From an uncultured Bacteroidales bacterium (GTDB lineage Bacteria > Bacteroidota > Bacteroidia > Bacteroidales > ML635J-15), in the NCBI GenBank assembly GCA_964511665.1, contig CAZEHA010000006.1, forward strand, positions 17,182 through 81,181: a DNA stretch of 64,000 nt. Direction: 5' to 3'. Position numbers and translations under genes: made by a program. Below are positions 40,201-48,996 of the stretch, in pieces. Under the pieces are notes generated by a model. The model ran no database searches and was not told the DNA's origin. It saw only the letters and a program-made list of their open reading frames with translations. Every line of letters begins with the position of its first letter. The stretch's first letter is position 1.

Positions 40201-43200
40201 CAGCAACAGTAAGTTGGGCAGAGTCGATATCTAATCCTTCTGAAGGTTACGATTTGTATTTGGCAACGGTAGCCGACGCACCCGACGGAACAACTGTTCC
40301 AACGGTTTCGGTACCTGCCGAAGAACTTTCGTACGATTTTACAGGTCTAGCCGAAGAAACACTCTACTATGTATGGATACGCACCAATTGTGGTGAAGGC
40401 GATTTAAGCGACTGGGCAGGCCCTGTAACGTTTACCACGCTTGCCGGTTGTGCTGTTCCCACCGATCTAACTGCAACCAACATTTTGGCTACCTCGGCCG
40501 ATTTAGGCTGGAGTGCCGTAGGTGGCACCACGCTTTGGAATATCGAAATCGGATTGCCCGGATTTACTCCAGATAACGAAGAATTTGTTCAGAGCATTGT
40601 GGGAACCGAAGACAATCCGACGCTTGTTACCGGACTTTCACCGCAAACCGCCTATGTATTCTATGTACAAGCCGATTGTGGTAGCGACCTAAGTGCATGG
40701 GCAGGTCCGTTTGCCTTTACTACACCTTGTGAAGCTGTAACTGCTTTCCCGTTCACCGAAAGTTTCGATGTTGAGCCTTTTGCTCCGGCATGCTGGACTA
40801 ATGCTCAGGTTTCTGGTCCGGGAGCAGGATTGTGGAATCGTGCAACAACAGGTGGTAGTCCTGCAGCAAGTCCACACAGTGGTGCTGCTATGGCACGATT
40901 CAATGCGTATAATTATGGTACAGGTACCAGTGGTATTCTTGTAACCCCCGGTCTCGATTTTCCGGCCGATAACTATCAGGTTCTCTTCTGGATGTACCGA
41001 GATAACGGCTACCTAGGTAACCTCGACAGAGTGAATGTATATTACAACACTGCCAACAATCTTACCGGCGCTACTTTATTGGGTACTATTCACCGTTCGT
41101 GGACACAATCACCGGCGGCTCCGGTAGCCAATCAGTGGTACGAGTACACATTCGATATGCCCGAAGGTTCTTCCGGCGTTGGTTATGTGGTTTTTGAGGG
41201 AGTTAGCGCCTATGGTAACAATATCTTTGTTGACGATGTTACTGTACAAGTGATACCTACCTGTCCTGCCCCGATGGCTCTTACAGCCTCAGGTATTACT
41301 CACGAGGAAGCCTTACTGGCATGGACAGAGAATGGTTCTGCCACCTCATGGAATATCGAGTACGGTATTTCAGGCTTTACACTTGGTGAAGGAACCATGA
41401 TGGAAGATGTCGAAAATCCATATCTCTTGCAAGGACTTCAGGAACTAACAACCTATAGCTATTATGTTCAGTCTGATTGTGCCGACGACGATCAAAGTAC
41501 ATGGGTTGGTCCTTATAGCTTTACAACTTTGCCAAGTTGTCCGGAACCAACAGGTTTGGGTGTTGAAAATATTATCACTAACCAGGCCGATTTAGCTTGG
41601 GTTGCTGCAGGCCTTACCGATTTGTTCAATATTGAATGGGGCCTTAGTGGTTTCGTTCAGGGCGAAGGTACATTGGTTGAAGATGTAAATGCCGAAACCT
41701 ATCAGCTTACCGGTCTTGAGCCTAATACCAGTTACTCATTCTATGTTCAGGCCAATTGTGGCAGTGGCGACTATAGCGAGTGGGCAGGTCCTTATACTTT
41801 CACTACCACTTGTGCAATTATTTCGGAGTACCCTTATTTCGAAGGATTTAATAGTGCTACATTCCCCAACTGCTGGAGCAGACTGAACTTAGACGGTGAT
41901 ACATATCAGTGGTCGCCAAATACAAGTTATGTGTACGAAGGAAGTCACTCGGTTGCCATTCACTGGAATTCATCAGGAAACAACGACTGGTTGATTTCGC
42001 CACAATTCGAAATTACATCGGATGCATTAATACTCGACTTCTTTGCACGCAGTACTTCTGCTTCCTTTTTGGAATCGTTCAATGTGTTAGTATCCACAAC
42101 AGGAACCAATCCGGCCGACTTTACCATTGTTCTCGAAAACGTGGTTGATCATCCTAATGCATGGTTGAATCATGCTTATACGCTTGCCGATTACGGAATC
42201 AATCAGGGAGATCAGATTTATGTAGCCATACAGTGTGTGTCGACCGACGAATTGTATCTGGCTGTTGATGCCTTCAGTATTCGTGAACCCAATACTGAGA
42301 GTGACATAATTACCTATAGCATTCCTCAGCAAATAGAGCCTGCCGGCTTCGATACCGAAAACCATATTATCGATGTTACCGTTGGTTTTGGTACAGACCT
42401 GTCTACGCTAGTACCTGTATTTACTCTCTCAGAAGGCGCTACTGCCTCGGTTGACGCTGTAGTTCAGCAAAGTGGGGTAAGCGTTGTTGACTTTACTGGC
42501 GGCAGTGCAGTATATAATGTTGTTGCCGAAGATGGTGTCAGTTCAACCGACTGGACAGTGAATATTACAGTAGCTCCGATAAATACCGAAGCCAATATTC
42601 TTACTTATGGTTTCGATGAGCAAACCGAACCGGCCAACATTAATAGCGAATATCAGATGATTTATGTAAATATCAATTGGTGGTCAGATATAACCAACTT
42701 GATTGCCGACTTTACATTATCTTATGGTGCATCTGCTGAAATTGAAGGAGTGGAACAGGTAAGTGGAGTAACTGCCAACAACTTCGACCATACCGTTTAC
42801 TACGACGTTACGGCCGAAGATGGTAGCACCACACAAAGCTGGGAGGTAAATGTAACTCAGGATGCACCACCGCTGAATATTACCTGCGATGGCGCTGTTG
42901 CATATACCATCAACGATCCCGACCAAACCGGTTTCATGCCGGCACAGCATCAGTATTACTTCCTGGTGACCCTGCCTACCGACTACACCAACGTACGAAT
43001 GATGACTTGTGGGTCAGATTTCGATACCAAGCTGGCATACTTCGCTTCGTGCGATGATATTCCCGACTTGAGTTCTTGCCCTGCCAACCCGGCCGGAAAC
43101 CTCGGATATGTTGACGATGGTGGTTGCGGTTCGCAATCATACGGTGGAAGCACATTGGCTTCGTATCTTAATATCGGCAACCTGAGTGCAGGTACCTATG

Positions 43201-44108
43201 TGGCTGTGGTATATGGATATGGTGTTACCTCAAACGGAAACTTCCAGTTCCGAGTGCTTGGCGATGCGGTTCTAGTAACCGACTTGGCTTTAAATATAGG
43301 GTCGGGTTATACTTGCCCTGTTGAAGAAGCTCACCCAATGTTCGAAGTTTCTAATGTTGGTGAAACCACTGTTGTGGCAGGTGAAACCATTAACTTCGTT
43401 CTCGAAATAGAAGAAGTTGAAGTTATCAACGAAGACTTTGTTCTTGCTGAAGATTTAACACCCGGACAATCGGTGTCGTTTGAAACAGTTGCTTCTATCG
43501 ACCTTACCGTAGTAGGAACAATAGAATGGAGGGCATCGATTAACTACACTGCCGACGAAAATGGCGAAAACAATGTTGTTGAAGGTTTTGTTACTGTATT
43601 CGAGCAAGCTATCGAGTTTGTTGATGCCGAAAACGATACCATTACTGTGGAATCGTGGCCATACACAATCACGGCTAACGCAGTGGTTAATCCAACAATT
43701 CCTTTCGATACCGAGTATCTGTGGGAAGGTGGCGAAACTACCAACACACTCGAGGTAAACGAAGAAGGTTGGTATATACTCACCGTAATCACAGCCGACT
43801 GCGAATATCAGGATTCGGTGTATATTGTTTACTACAACAGAATACCGCAGTTTGATGTGAACGGGTTTAGCTTGTATCCCAATCCGACTGCTGGATTGTT
43901 TGTAATTGATGTAACACTTCCTGAACAGTCGAATGCTGTGATTACCATTACCGACGCTTTGGGAAGAACAATCGAAGTTATGAATGTAAGCAATACTGAT
44001 ACCTATCGCCGTCAGGTTGATATGTCGGGATATGCCGAAGGAGTTTACAACATAACTTTGAACTACGCAGAACAAAGTATTACGAAGAGGGTTACCTTGC
44101 GTAAATAA
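34215..44108 (+). CDS. giant (3,297 aa) modular cell-surface protein with T9SS type A C-terminal sorting domain
   Basis: A single uninterrupted ORF with signal peptide MRKLCLSCVLVVLFSVVSFVTNA. It contains multiple FN3-like modules, choice-of-anchor-J/MAM-like modules (CWTN...W.R....SP.SG...A....), about 95-aa Ig-like repeats and PPC-like domains. The C-terminus LYPNPTAGLFVIDV... (approximately 43864-44105) is followed by a strong terminator. Confidence 0.9.
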   Translation: MRKLCLSCVLVVLFSVVSFVTNAQWAVTAIDTEFVIDFDNTVNGVNNGVYAGTGFLNDPGDGQLDADAWEITGMSEGDKLFGAEASTGDFARGTSQSLTSGGLYSYEVETGNFAFGMLPAGSDITPGYIAIKMQNNTGEAITGVEFSYDIWVLNWAGRSQSFNGEVSFDGINWIPIDDFLFTTPEVADATPAWVKTSFTSGGEMALAAGDYLYFRWYTDDVGGSGSRDRIAIDNIKIKLTTDEEPTGENCLLALDYGFVNDPAVEGSIVASQAVWYKVNLPAPMYNVVFSLCGSSFDTQLEIWVNCEDATYTYYNDDFCGTASQITVPDLAAGDYFVKVLGYGTAFGDYVLNITGATCASPVALSATNVTTEGADLSWSPVSTETMWVVEVGLPGFIPGTGAAVVTIEDIPNPFVSVTGLNPATAYQYAVKAVCGVDNESGWSNNFAFTTACNVVSDFPFAMNFDDATFPPVCWTNVRTAGTGTPGTWNRSTTGTNPTCSPKSGAGMARYNCYNLSGGTMGILVTPQLDFPTDNYVVEFWMFRDNGYTTYSNEKVNVYYNTENNLTGAELIGTVSRYYGFAPVEAVANQWYQYSFDLPGGKSGLGYIILEAVSQYGNNIFVDEMNIRAKSTETEIITYSLPGQTGAPVFGDHTIDVEVAIGTDVTALVAGFTLSDGASASVLGVAQESGVTPNDFTNPVTYVVTAEDGVTTADWVVSVTEATSQSSENDIITFSFPQQTGVATIDAENHTVAIEVQWTANIADLTPTITVSPLASIYPESGVARDFTNPVEYTVTAEDASEQIWTVSVSQEAIPAGVDCANAQVVTLPLDAPYADLAQTNCGMLNSYSNSCMGFYDGGEDFIYRLDVTSAVQVTITMDPKTTTYSGLGLLDGCPDTGACIQVATGSGAAPRVITRILQPGTYYLMVDTWAAPNCIPVFDLTITAVSCLPPAALTVSNITQGTADVSWTAQLGETVWNLLYGETGFDPLNEGTLVEGASNPYTITGLDEATTYQVYVQTDCGGSVTAWTGPQSFTTLASCPAPTGLTATNVLYNQANLQWNANTATEWNIEWGLFGFAQGTGTLLENVTDNPYLLEGLEALTQYSYYVQAVCGAEQSVWAGPYSFTTTCAPVTAFPFVQSFDDATFAPACWTNVRTAGTGTPGTWNRSTTGTNPTCSPKSGAGMARYNCYNLSGGTMGILVTPQLDFPTDNYVVEFWMFRDNGYTTYSNEKVNVYYNTENNLTGAELIGTVSRYYGFAPVEAVANQWYQYSFDLPGGKSGLGYIILEAVSQYGNNIFVDEMNIRAKSTETEIITYSLPGQTGAPVFGDHTIDVEVAIGTDVTALVAGFTLSDGASASVLGVAQESGVTPNDFTNPVTYVVTAEDGVTTADWVVSVTEATSQSSENDIITFSFPQQTGVATIDAENHTVAIEVQWTANIADLTPTITVSPLASIYPESGVARDFTNPVEYTVTAEDASEQIWTVSVSQEAIPAGVDCANAQVVTLPLDAPYADLAQTNCGMLNSYSNSCMGFYDGGEDFIYRLDVTSAVQVTITMDPKTTTYSGLGLLDGCPDTGACIQVATGSGAAPRVITRILQPGTYYLMVDTWAAPNCIPVFDLTITAVSCLPPAALTVSNITQGTADVSWTAQLGETVWNLLYGETGFDPLNEGTLVEGASNPYTITGLDEATTYQVYVQTDCGGSVTAWTGPQSFTTLANCPAPDALGAENITSSQADLIWTATGGTSLWNIEWGLSGFTQGEGTLVLGIDAIPYNLAGLDPLTTYSFYIQSDCSGTLSAWAGPYSFTTACGVETTFPIVETFESTTFPPTCWTRIAGSGNWTRSASAGGYGNSTASAYVNFYGISGTDPMHLISLEFDASGIVNPQLLFDYAYATYGAEYVDKLEIFYSTDGGTTFELLETMLGGVSGTLNTGGVVSGSFIPNASQWETKMLFLPAGTNFVRFTATSAWGNNLYIDNVTVQQGPTCVEPTALVTSGITSSAATVSWAESISNPSEGYDLYLATVADAPDGTTVPTVSVPAEELSYDFTGLAEETLYYVWIRTNCGEGDLSDWAGPVTFTTLAGCAVPTDLTATNILATSADLGWSAVGGTTLWNIEIGLPGFTPDNEEFVQSIVGTEDNPTLVTGLSPQTAYVFYVQADCGSDLSAWAGPFAFTTPCEAVTAFPFTESFDVEPFAPACWTNAQVSGPGAGLWNRATTGGSPAASPHSGAAMARFNAYNYGTGTSGILVTPGLDFPADNYQVLFWMYRDNGYLGNLDRVNVYYNTANNLTGATLLGTIHRSWTQSPAAPVANQWYEYTFDMPEGSSGVGYVVFEGVSAYGNNIFVDDVTVQVIPTCPAPMALTASGITHEEALLAWTENGSATSWNIEYGISGFTLGEGTMMEDVENPYLLQGLQELTTYSYYVQSDCADDDQSTWVGPYSFTTLPSCPEPTGLGVENIITNQADLAWVAAGLTDLFNIEWGLSGFVQGEGTLVEDVNAETYQLTGLEPNTSYSFYVQANCGSGDYSEWAGPYTFTTTCAIISEYPYFEGFNSATFPNCWSRLNLDGDTYQWSPNTSYVYEGSHSVAIHWNSSGNNDWLISPQFEITSDALILDFFARSTSASFLESFNVLVSTTGTNPADFTIVLENVVDHPNAWLNHAYTLADYGINQGDQIYVAIQCVSTDELYLAVDAFSIREPNTESDIITYSIPQQIEPAGFDTENHIIDVTVGFGTDLSTLVPVFTLSEGATASVDAVVQQSGVSVVDFTGGSAVYNVVAEDGVSSTDWTVNITVAPINTEANILTYGFDEQTEPANINSEYQMIYVNINWWSDITNLIADFTLSYGASAEIEGVEQVSGVTANNFDHTVYYDVTAEDGSTTQSWEVNVTQDAPPLNITCDGAVAYTINDPDQTGFMPAQHQYYFLVTLPTDYTNVRMMTCGSDFDTKLAYFASCDDIPDLSSCPANPAGNLGYVDDGGCGSQSYGGSTLASYLNIGNLSAGTYVAVVYGYGVTSNGNFQFRVLGDAVLVTDLALNIGSGYTCPVEEAHPMFEVSNVGETTVVAGETINFVLEIEEVEVINEDFVLAEDLTPGQSVSFETVASIDLTVVGTIEWRASINYTADENGENNVVEGFVTVFEQAIEFVDAENDTITVESWPYTITANAVVNPTIPFDTEYLWEGGETTNTLEVNEEGWYILTVITADCEYQDSVYIVYYNRIPQFDVNGFSLYPNPTAGLFVIDVTLPEQSNAVITITDALGRTIEVMNVSNTDTYRRQVDMSGYAEGVYNITLNYAEQSITKRVTLRK
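35670..37318 (+). repeat. copy 1 of a perfect 1,649-bp intragenic direct repeat
   Basis: It matches 37698-39346 at an offset of 2,028 bp. Left-edge mismatches are at 35639, 35654, 35663, 35666 and 35669. The first right-edge mismatch is 37319 (a) against 39347 (g). Interior lines were spot-checked, and shadow-ORF translations in other frames are identical. Confidence 0.9.
37698..39346 (+). repeat. copy 2 of the perfect 1,649-bp intragenic direct repeat
   Basis: See copy 1. The shadow ORFs 38262-38711, 38461-38667, 38651-38914 and 39099-39335 reproduce 36234-36683, 36433-36639, 36623-36886 and 37071-37307 exactly. Confidence 0.9.
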
Positions 44109-44128
44109 TTGTAATTAGAATACTACAG

Positions 44129-44158
44129 AAAAGGGCTTCGTTATCGGAGCCCTTTTTT
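44129..44158 (+). terminator. intrinsic terminator after the giant gene
   Basis: aaaagggcttcg-ttat-cggagcccttttttg is an 8-bp stem with a tetraloop and a T run. Confidence 0.85.
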
Positions 44159-44195
44159 GTTGAGTAATTCTACAAAACTTTTGGCGTTATTATGC

Positions 44196-44203
44196 TATAT
44201 TTG
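44196..44203 (+). promoter_or_regulatory. candidate -7 box (TATATTTG) only 5 nt upstream of the AraC-type gene ATG
   Basis: It matches TAnnTTTG, and a TTTG sits at 44180-44183. The position implies a leaderless or near-leaderless mRNA if the 44209 ATG is used. Confidence 0.35.
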
Positions 44204-44208
44204 CATAT

Positions 44209-45294
44209 ATGGAAACTTTGGCCTGGATAGGATTTACACAGTCGTTTTTCGGAGTGTTGCTTGTAATGGCAAAACGCAATAATCATATTTCCGATAAAAT
44301 ACTTTCGGTATGGTTGGCCATTAGTGGTATTACTTTTATGGAAATTGCCATCACACAAGCCAATAGTTTTTCGATAGTGCCGGTAAATGCCTTAATAACG
44401 AATGCATTGCTTTTTATATACAGCATTTCGCTTACACGCGAAAACTTTCGACTGAAAACCAAACACTGGGTACATGCTCTTTTGCCTACTGTTTTTGTCT
44501 TGGTAATTATATGGACGGGCGCAGAACTGAGAATGGAACATTACTTTTTTGAAGATGTGTTTCTGCCATACCGAATTGTAATGGCTGTAACACTGATAGC
44601 GTCGTTCTTGTTTTATTGGTTTTTAAGCGTTAGAACCATTCACCGATATCGACAGAAACTGAAAAATGAATTCTCATCTATCGAGGCGAATATAAAACTG
44701 GGATGGTTGCTTTTTGTGCTTATATTTTACATTGTTTACAATTTGATTTTAATTGCCGCGGGTTTTATTGAAGTGTTTTCGGGCATAGAAACCAATTACT
44801 TGTATTTTGTGCTTTCGTTTAACTTGTTTTTGGTTTTTTCGTTTACTTTCTATGGTCTCAGGCAACAGGTGTTGATAGTGCCTAATGAACACCAGCACGA
44901 AACCGGACATTATGCGGCATCGCGATTGGCCGACGAAGAAAAAATGGCCATAAAAACACGATTATTATCATATTTCGAAAAACATGAACCTTACCTCGAC
45001 GGCAATTTGACTGTGTCGGATCTGGCTGAAAAATTGGGAATACAGCGCCACAAGCTCACCGAAGTATTGAACACTGAGTTGAATATGAATTTCTATCGCT
45101 TTGTGAATACCTACCGTGTCGAAAAAGTTAAAAAGTTACTGAGCGATGCTGATAACAATAATTTCTCGATTGAAGCATTGGGCTACGATTGTGGATTCAA
45201 CAGCAAAACAACTTTTTTTACGGTTTTCAAAAACATGACTGGGTGCACGCCTGCTCAGTACCGTAATCGATATGCGAAGAAAATATTTGATTGA
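44209..45294 (+). CDS. AraC-family transcriptional regulator with polytopic membrane N-terminal domain
   Basis: About six hydrophobic helices occupy the first 230 aa or so. The C-terminal HTH_AraC has LTVSDLAEKLGIQRHKLTEVL and ALGYDCGFNSKTTFFTVFKNMTGCTPAQYR. Confidence 0.85.
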   Translation: METLAWIGFTQSFFGVLLVMAKRNNHISDKILSVWLAISGITFMEIAITQANSFSIVPVNALITNALLFIYSISLTRENFRLKTKHWVHALLPTVFVLVIIWTGAELRMEHYFFEDVFLPYRIVMAVTLIASFLFYWFLSVRTIHRYRQKLKNEFSSIEANIKLGWLLFVLIFYIVYNLILIAAGFIEVFSGIETNYLYFVLSFNLFLVFSFTFYGLRQQVLIVPNEHQHETGHYAASRLADEEKMAIKTRLLSYFEKHEPYLDGNLTVSDLAEKLGIQRHKLTEVLNTELNMNFYRFVNTYRVEKVKKLLSDADNNNFSIEALGYDCGFNSKTTFFTVFKNMTGCTPAQYRNRYAKKIFD

Positions 45295-45448
45295 GTTCAA
45301 GTTCCGATTGCGAAATCGGTACTTACAATATGCTGTTAATCAGGCAAATTGTGATTATTAAAGTCATATAGGTTCGATTAATAATATGTGGTGCTACTTG
45401 CATTATTATAATCGACTTGCCTAATCTACGCTGTTTATTTGCAACAAA

Positions 45449-46738
45449 ATGTTGAGTATGCGTGCTATAGTTGTTTTATTCTTTTGTGTTGTGTTGAGCA
45501 TTGCGAATGTGCAATCGCAGGTAATACATAACCATATCAATTTGAATGGATTCACAAAGGCATTTTCAGTGGCCGGTGCAAACGACTATCCCCTTTCTAA
45601 CCTTATATCGGAAACCGGAATTTTATTAGGAGCGAAACCTGGCACTAACACCATGTTTGCTGTTGATGCCCGAATGAGATTCGGATACTCGTATAACGAG
45701 TTAATACATGTATTTAGTTTACGAGAAGCGTATGCCGGCTACACATCAACCCATTTCGATATGAGCATGGGGCGTAAGATTCTGGAATGGAGCCGACTCG
45801 ATGCTTATAGTATTGTGAATCAGGTAACGCCATACGACTATTTTTATTTGTCGCCCGATAACGACGATAGCCGCATGCCTCAGTACGTAGTGCATACTTC
45901 GCTGCGCTTGGGTGGCTTTTTAAATTGGCAGATTGTTGCCATTCCTTTTTTTACACCATCGGTTTACCGCTTCGATTTGTTCAGCATGGGCGAAAACGTT
46001 TCTTTTGTTGATGCTGAATTACCCGAGCGCAGTTTCTACAACGCTGCAATGGCCAGCCGAATGGGTTTCGACTTTAGCTCGATGTCGTTGGCTATGTCGT
46101 TTTATAGGGGATATGCGTGCAACTACGGTTTTAATTTGCATACGATCGATTTTTTTTCGGAGCCGGTTGCTGTGAACCTGATTCCCGTCTATCACTATCA
46201 TACTACTGCCGGCCTCGATATCGAAATACCTGTGAAGCAATTTATAGTTAAGGCAGAGGCAGCATATTATCATGTAGCCGATACCATTGTCAATATGGCT
46301 TTACCACATAGTCGTTGGGCATTCGGGGTGGCAATTGAACGCAGGTTGTGGGGCGTAAACACAGTGCTGCAATACAATTCGGTGTACACACCCGATTTTG
46401 TGCCACTTCCCGAACCTGCACACAATCTCGAAGCTATGGTAAACCAAATGGTCGACTTCAACCGTATGATATTCGGCCAGCAACAGCAATACACCCACAC
46501 AGTAAGCCTATTGCTGAATCGTTCGCTGTTTTATGAAACCTTACAGTTGAACGGTATGTTTACCTATAATGTAAGCACCGGTGAGTTTTTGATACGACCG
46601 TCGCTAGAGTATAAATGTAACGATAATCTGAGTGTTTCGATGGGTGGTTTGTATATGCACGGAGACGATAACACAGTGTTCTCGCACTCTTCGAAAGTTC
46701 TTAACGGCGCTTTTTTACAAATGAAAGTTGTTTTCTGA
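45449..46738 (+). CDS. putative outer-membrane beta-barrel protein (family not recognised)
   Basis: It has the signal peptide MLSMRAIVVLFFCVVLSIANVQS, Tyr/Gly-rich alternating segments, and a terminal ..LQMKVVF. Its stop overlaps the MMPL start (TGATG). Confidence 0.6.
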   Translation: MLSMRAIVVLFFCVVLSIANVQSQVIHNHINLNGFTKAFSVAGANDYPLSNLISETGILLGAKPGTNTMFAVDARMRFGYSYNELIHVFSLREAYAGYTSTHFDMSMGRKILEWSRLDAYSIVNQVTPYDYFYLSPDNDDSRMPQYVVHTSLRLGGFLNWQIVAIPFFTPSVYRFDLFSMGENVSFVDAELPERSFYNAAMASRMGFDFSSMSLAMSFYRGYACNYGFNLHTIDFFSEPVAVNLIPVYHYHTTAGLDIEIPVKQFIVKAEAAYYHVADTIVNMALPHSRWAFGVAIERRLWGVNTVLQYNSVYTPDFVPLPEPAHNLEAMVNQMVDFNRMIFGQQQQYTHTVSLLLNRSLFYETLQLNGMFTYNVSTGEFLIRPSLEYKCNDNLSVSMGGLYMHGDDNTVFSHSSKVLNGAFLQMKVVF

Positions 46739-48996
46739 TGAAGAATAATCAATCGTATTGGTTTGTGAGGTACCGCATTGCTGTATTGGCAATATGTGCT
46801 GTTGTTTTTGCTTTGAGTTGTGTTCCGCTGTATTATCTGAAAACAGATTCAAATCTGCGGAGCTATTTCTCCGACGAAATGAAGGCTTTACGCGATACCC
46901 GACAAATAGAGAAGGAATTTTCGAGTACCGAACCCATAATGCTGTTGGCCAAAGCCGATAATGTGTTGCATGCCGATGTGCTTAACCAACTTAGCGAAAT
47001 TTGTTTCGAAATCGAAGAGCAAGATTGGGTCGATAAGGTGATGTCGGTATTTAACTCTAAAAATATTCAGTCGGCCGATGGATTTATGCTTGTTGAAGAT
47101 GCCATCCCGTATTTTCCCGAGACAGACGAAGACATGACCAATCTTAAATTGCTTATAGAATCGAATAGTTTGGTTTATGGGGTAATGATATCGAAACATT
47201 TTAATTATATGCTGGTGTTGGTACAAAAAAACAGCGATGCCAACGACAATATGGTGTACGAATCGTTGAAAACCATTGTGGAAAAACACAAAGGCCCAGC
47301 AGAAATTAGCATTGCCGGCGAACCACAATTGCGTGCCGTAATCAATCATGATGTGCGTTCCGATTTGTATTTCTTAATGCCTGCGGGTGTGTTGCTGATG
47401 TTTCTGTTTTTGTGGTTTACATTTCGAAAACCTGCATTTACTCTGTTGCCTATAAGCATCATTGTATTTTCGATGCTTGCAGCTTTTGCGCTATTGCCAG
47501 TGGTGGGTTGGAAAGTGAGTATGATTAGCTTGTTGGTGCCGGTAATGATTCTGGCTATTGCTAATAATTACGGAGTTCACTTCGTTGAAGCATTCAGGCA
47601 AGAACGAGCGAGTTTTCCTACCCAGCCGGTACAAAATGCAATCGCCAATATTTATAAACGACTGCGCTGGCCCGTATTGCTTACCGGATTAACCACTATT
47701 GCCGGTATTTTAGGCATGCTGGCTCATATTATGATTCCTGCCAGGCAAACCGGCGTGGTTACAGCCTGGGGCATTGCCATTGCCTTACTCCTGAGTTTAG
47801 TATTAATACCTGTGTTGCTTCAATACTTTAAAACGATACCCGGCAGTGGCTATCGAAAAAACCCGCTTACAAGAAGGGCATCGTTACTGTTGTCGAAAAT
47901 AGCAGGAAACATCATTGCAAAGCCTGTTCTATGGTTGGTTTCTGTTATTATTGTTATGATACTGGCAGGTTCCGGGGTTTTCTGGCTGAAAGTGGATCCA
48001 AATGCCGAGAATGTATTACCCCGTAAACACGTTTTTTTGCAGACTGCCGAAATAATCAATAATGAGTTTGGCGGATCAAAGAATATCAGCATTCTAATAA
48101 AGGGCGATATAAAAGACCCCGAAATGCTTCGTTGTATCGACAGCCTCGAATATCGATTAAAACAACTTCCTCAAACTGGTAATGTGGTTTCGATAGCTAC
48201 AGTTATAAAAATAATGAGTAAGGCATTGTACGAGCCTGATGAACCAGCTTATAATGTCATTCCCGAAACCCGCGAAGCTGTAGCTCAATTGCTCGAGTTA
48301 TACAGCATGGGAGGAAGCCCCGAAGACTTTGAACAACTGGTCGATTTTAACTATAGTCAGGCTATTGTAAATGTTCAGTTCAGGGCAGCCGATAACAACG
48401 ACTATCGGACTGTTGTAAACGAAATCGATAAGTCGGTTTCTGGTATGAATCTCGATGCTATTTATGGAGGTTATGCATTAATAACCTATCACATGATAGA
48501 TGCCATAATCAAGGGTCAGGTGTATTCACTGGTTTTTGCCATTGCAGTAGTGTTTCTGCTTTTATGGTTTATTTTTAAGTCGTGGCGAACCGCTTTGGTT
48601 GGCTGTATTCCATTGATTATTACCATTGTAGTGATGTTCGGATTAATGGGATATGCCGGTTTTTCGGTGGATATTGTAAGTGCCTTGATTTCATCGGTTG
48701 TAATTGGAATAGGTATCGATTACACCATTCACTTTTTATGGCGCTACAGGCTCGAAGTGCAACAGGGATATCGCAATGGTGACGCTGTTTTTCGCAGCCT
48801 TACTACAACCGGTAAAGGTATAATAATAAATGCCGTATCGGTGATACTGGGTTTTGCCGTACTCTTATTCTCATCGTTTGTGGCATTGCAAAGTTTTGCA
48901 TTCCTTATGATTACGGCCCTTTCGGTGTGCTTGGTTTGTTCGTTGGTGGTTGTGCCCGCAATTTGCCTTTTAAAACCCAATACTGTTGCACCATGA
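46738..48996 (+). CDS. MMPL/RND-superfamily exporter (HpnN-like, 12 TM)
   Basis: 752 aa with two repeats, each of 1 TM + periplasmic loop + 5 TM, and conserved GIDY..HF-type segments. Confidence 0.88.
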   Translation: MKNNQSYWFVRYRIAVLAICAVVFALSCVPLYYLKTDSNLRSYFSDEMKALRDTRQIEKEFSSTEPIMLLAKADNVLHADVLNQLSEICFEIEEQDWVDKVMSVFNSKNIQSADGFMLVEDAIPYFPETDEDMTNLKLLIESNSLVYGVMISKHFNYMLVLVQKNSDANDNMVYESLKTIVEKHKGPAEISIAGEPQLRAVINHDVRSDLYFLMPAGVLLMFLFLWFTFRKPAFTLLPISIIVFSMLAAFALLPVVGWKVSMISLLVPVMILAIANNYGVHFVEAFRQERASFPTQPVQNAIANIYKRLRWPVLLTGLTTIAGILGMLAHIMIPARQTGVVTAWGIAIALLLSLVLIPVLLQYFKTIPGSGYRKNPLTRRASLLLSKIAGNIIAKPVLWLVSVIIVMILAGSGVFWLKVDPNAENVLPRKHVFLQTAEIINNEFGGSKNISILIKGDIKDPEMLRCIDSLEYRLKQLPQTGNVVSIATVIKIMSKALYEPDEPAYNVIPETREAVAQLLELYSMGGSPEDFEQLVDFNYSQAIVNVQFRAADNNDYRTVVNEIDKSVSGMNLDAIYGGYALITYHMIDAIIKGQVYSLVFAIAVVFLLLWFIFKSWRTALVGCIPLIITIVVMFGLMGYAGFSVDIVSALISSVVIGIGIDYTIHFLWRYRLEVQQGYRNGDAVFRSLTTTGKGIIINAVSVILGFAVLLFSSFVALQSFAFLMITALSVCLVCSLVVVPAICLLKPNTVAP

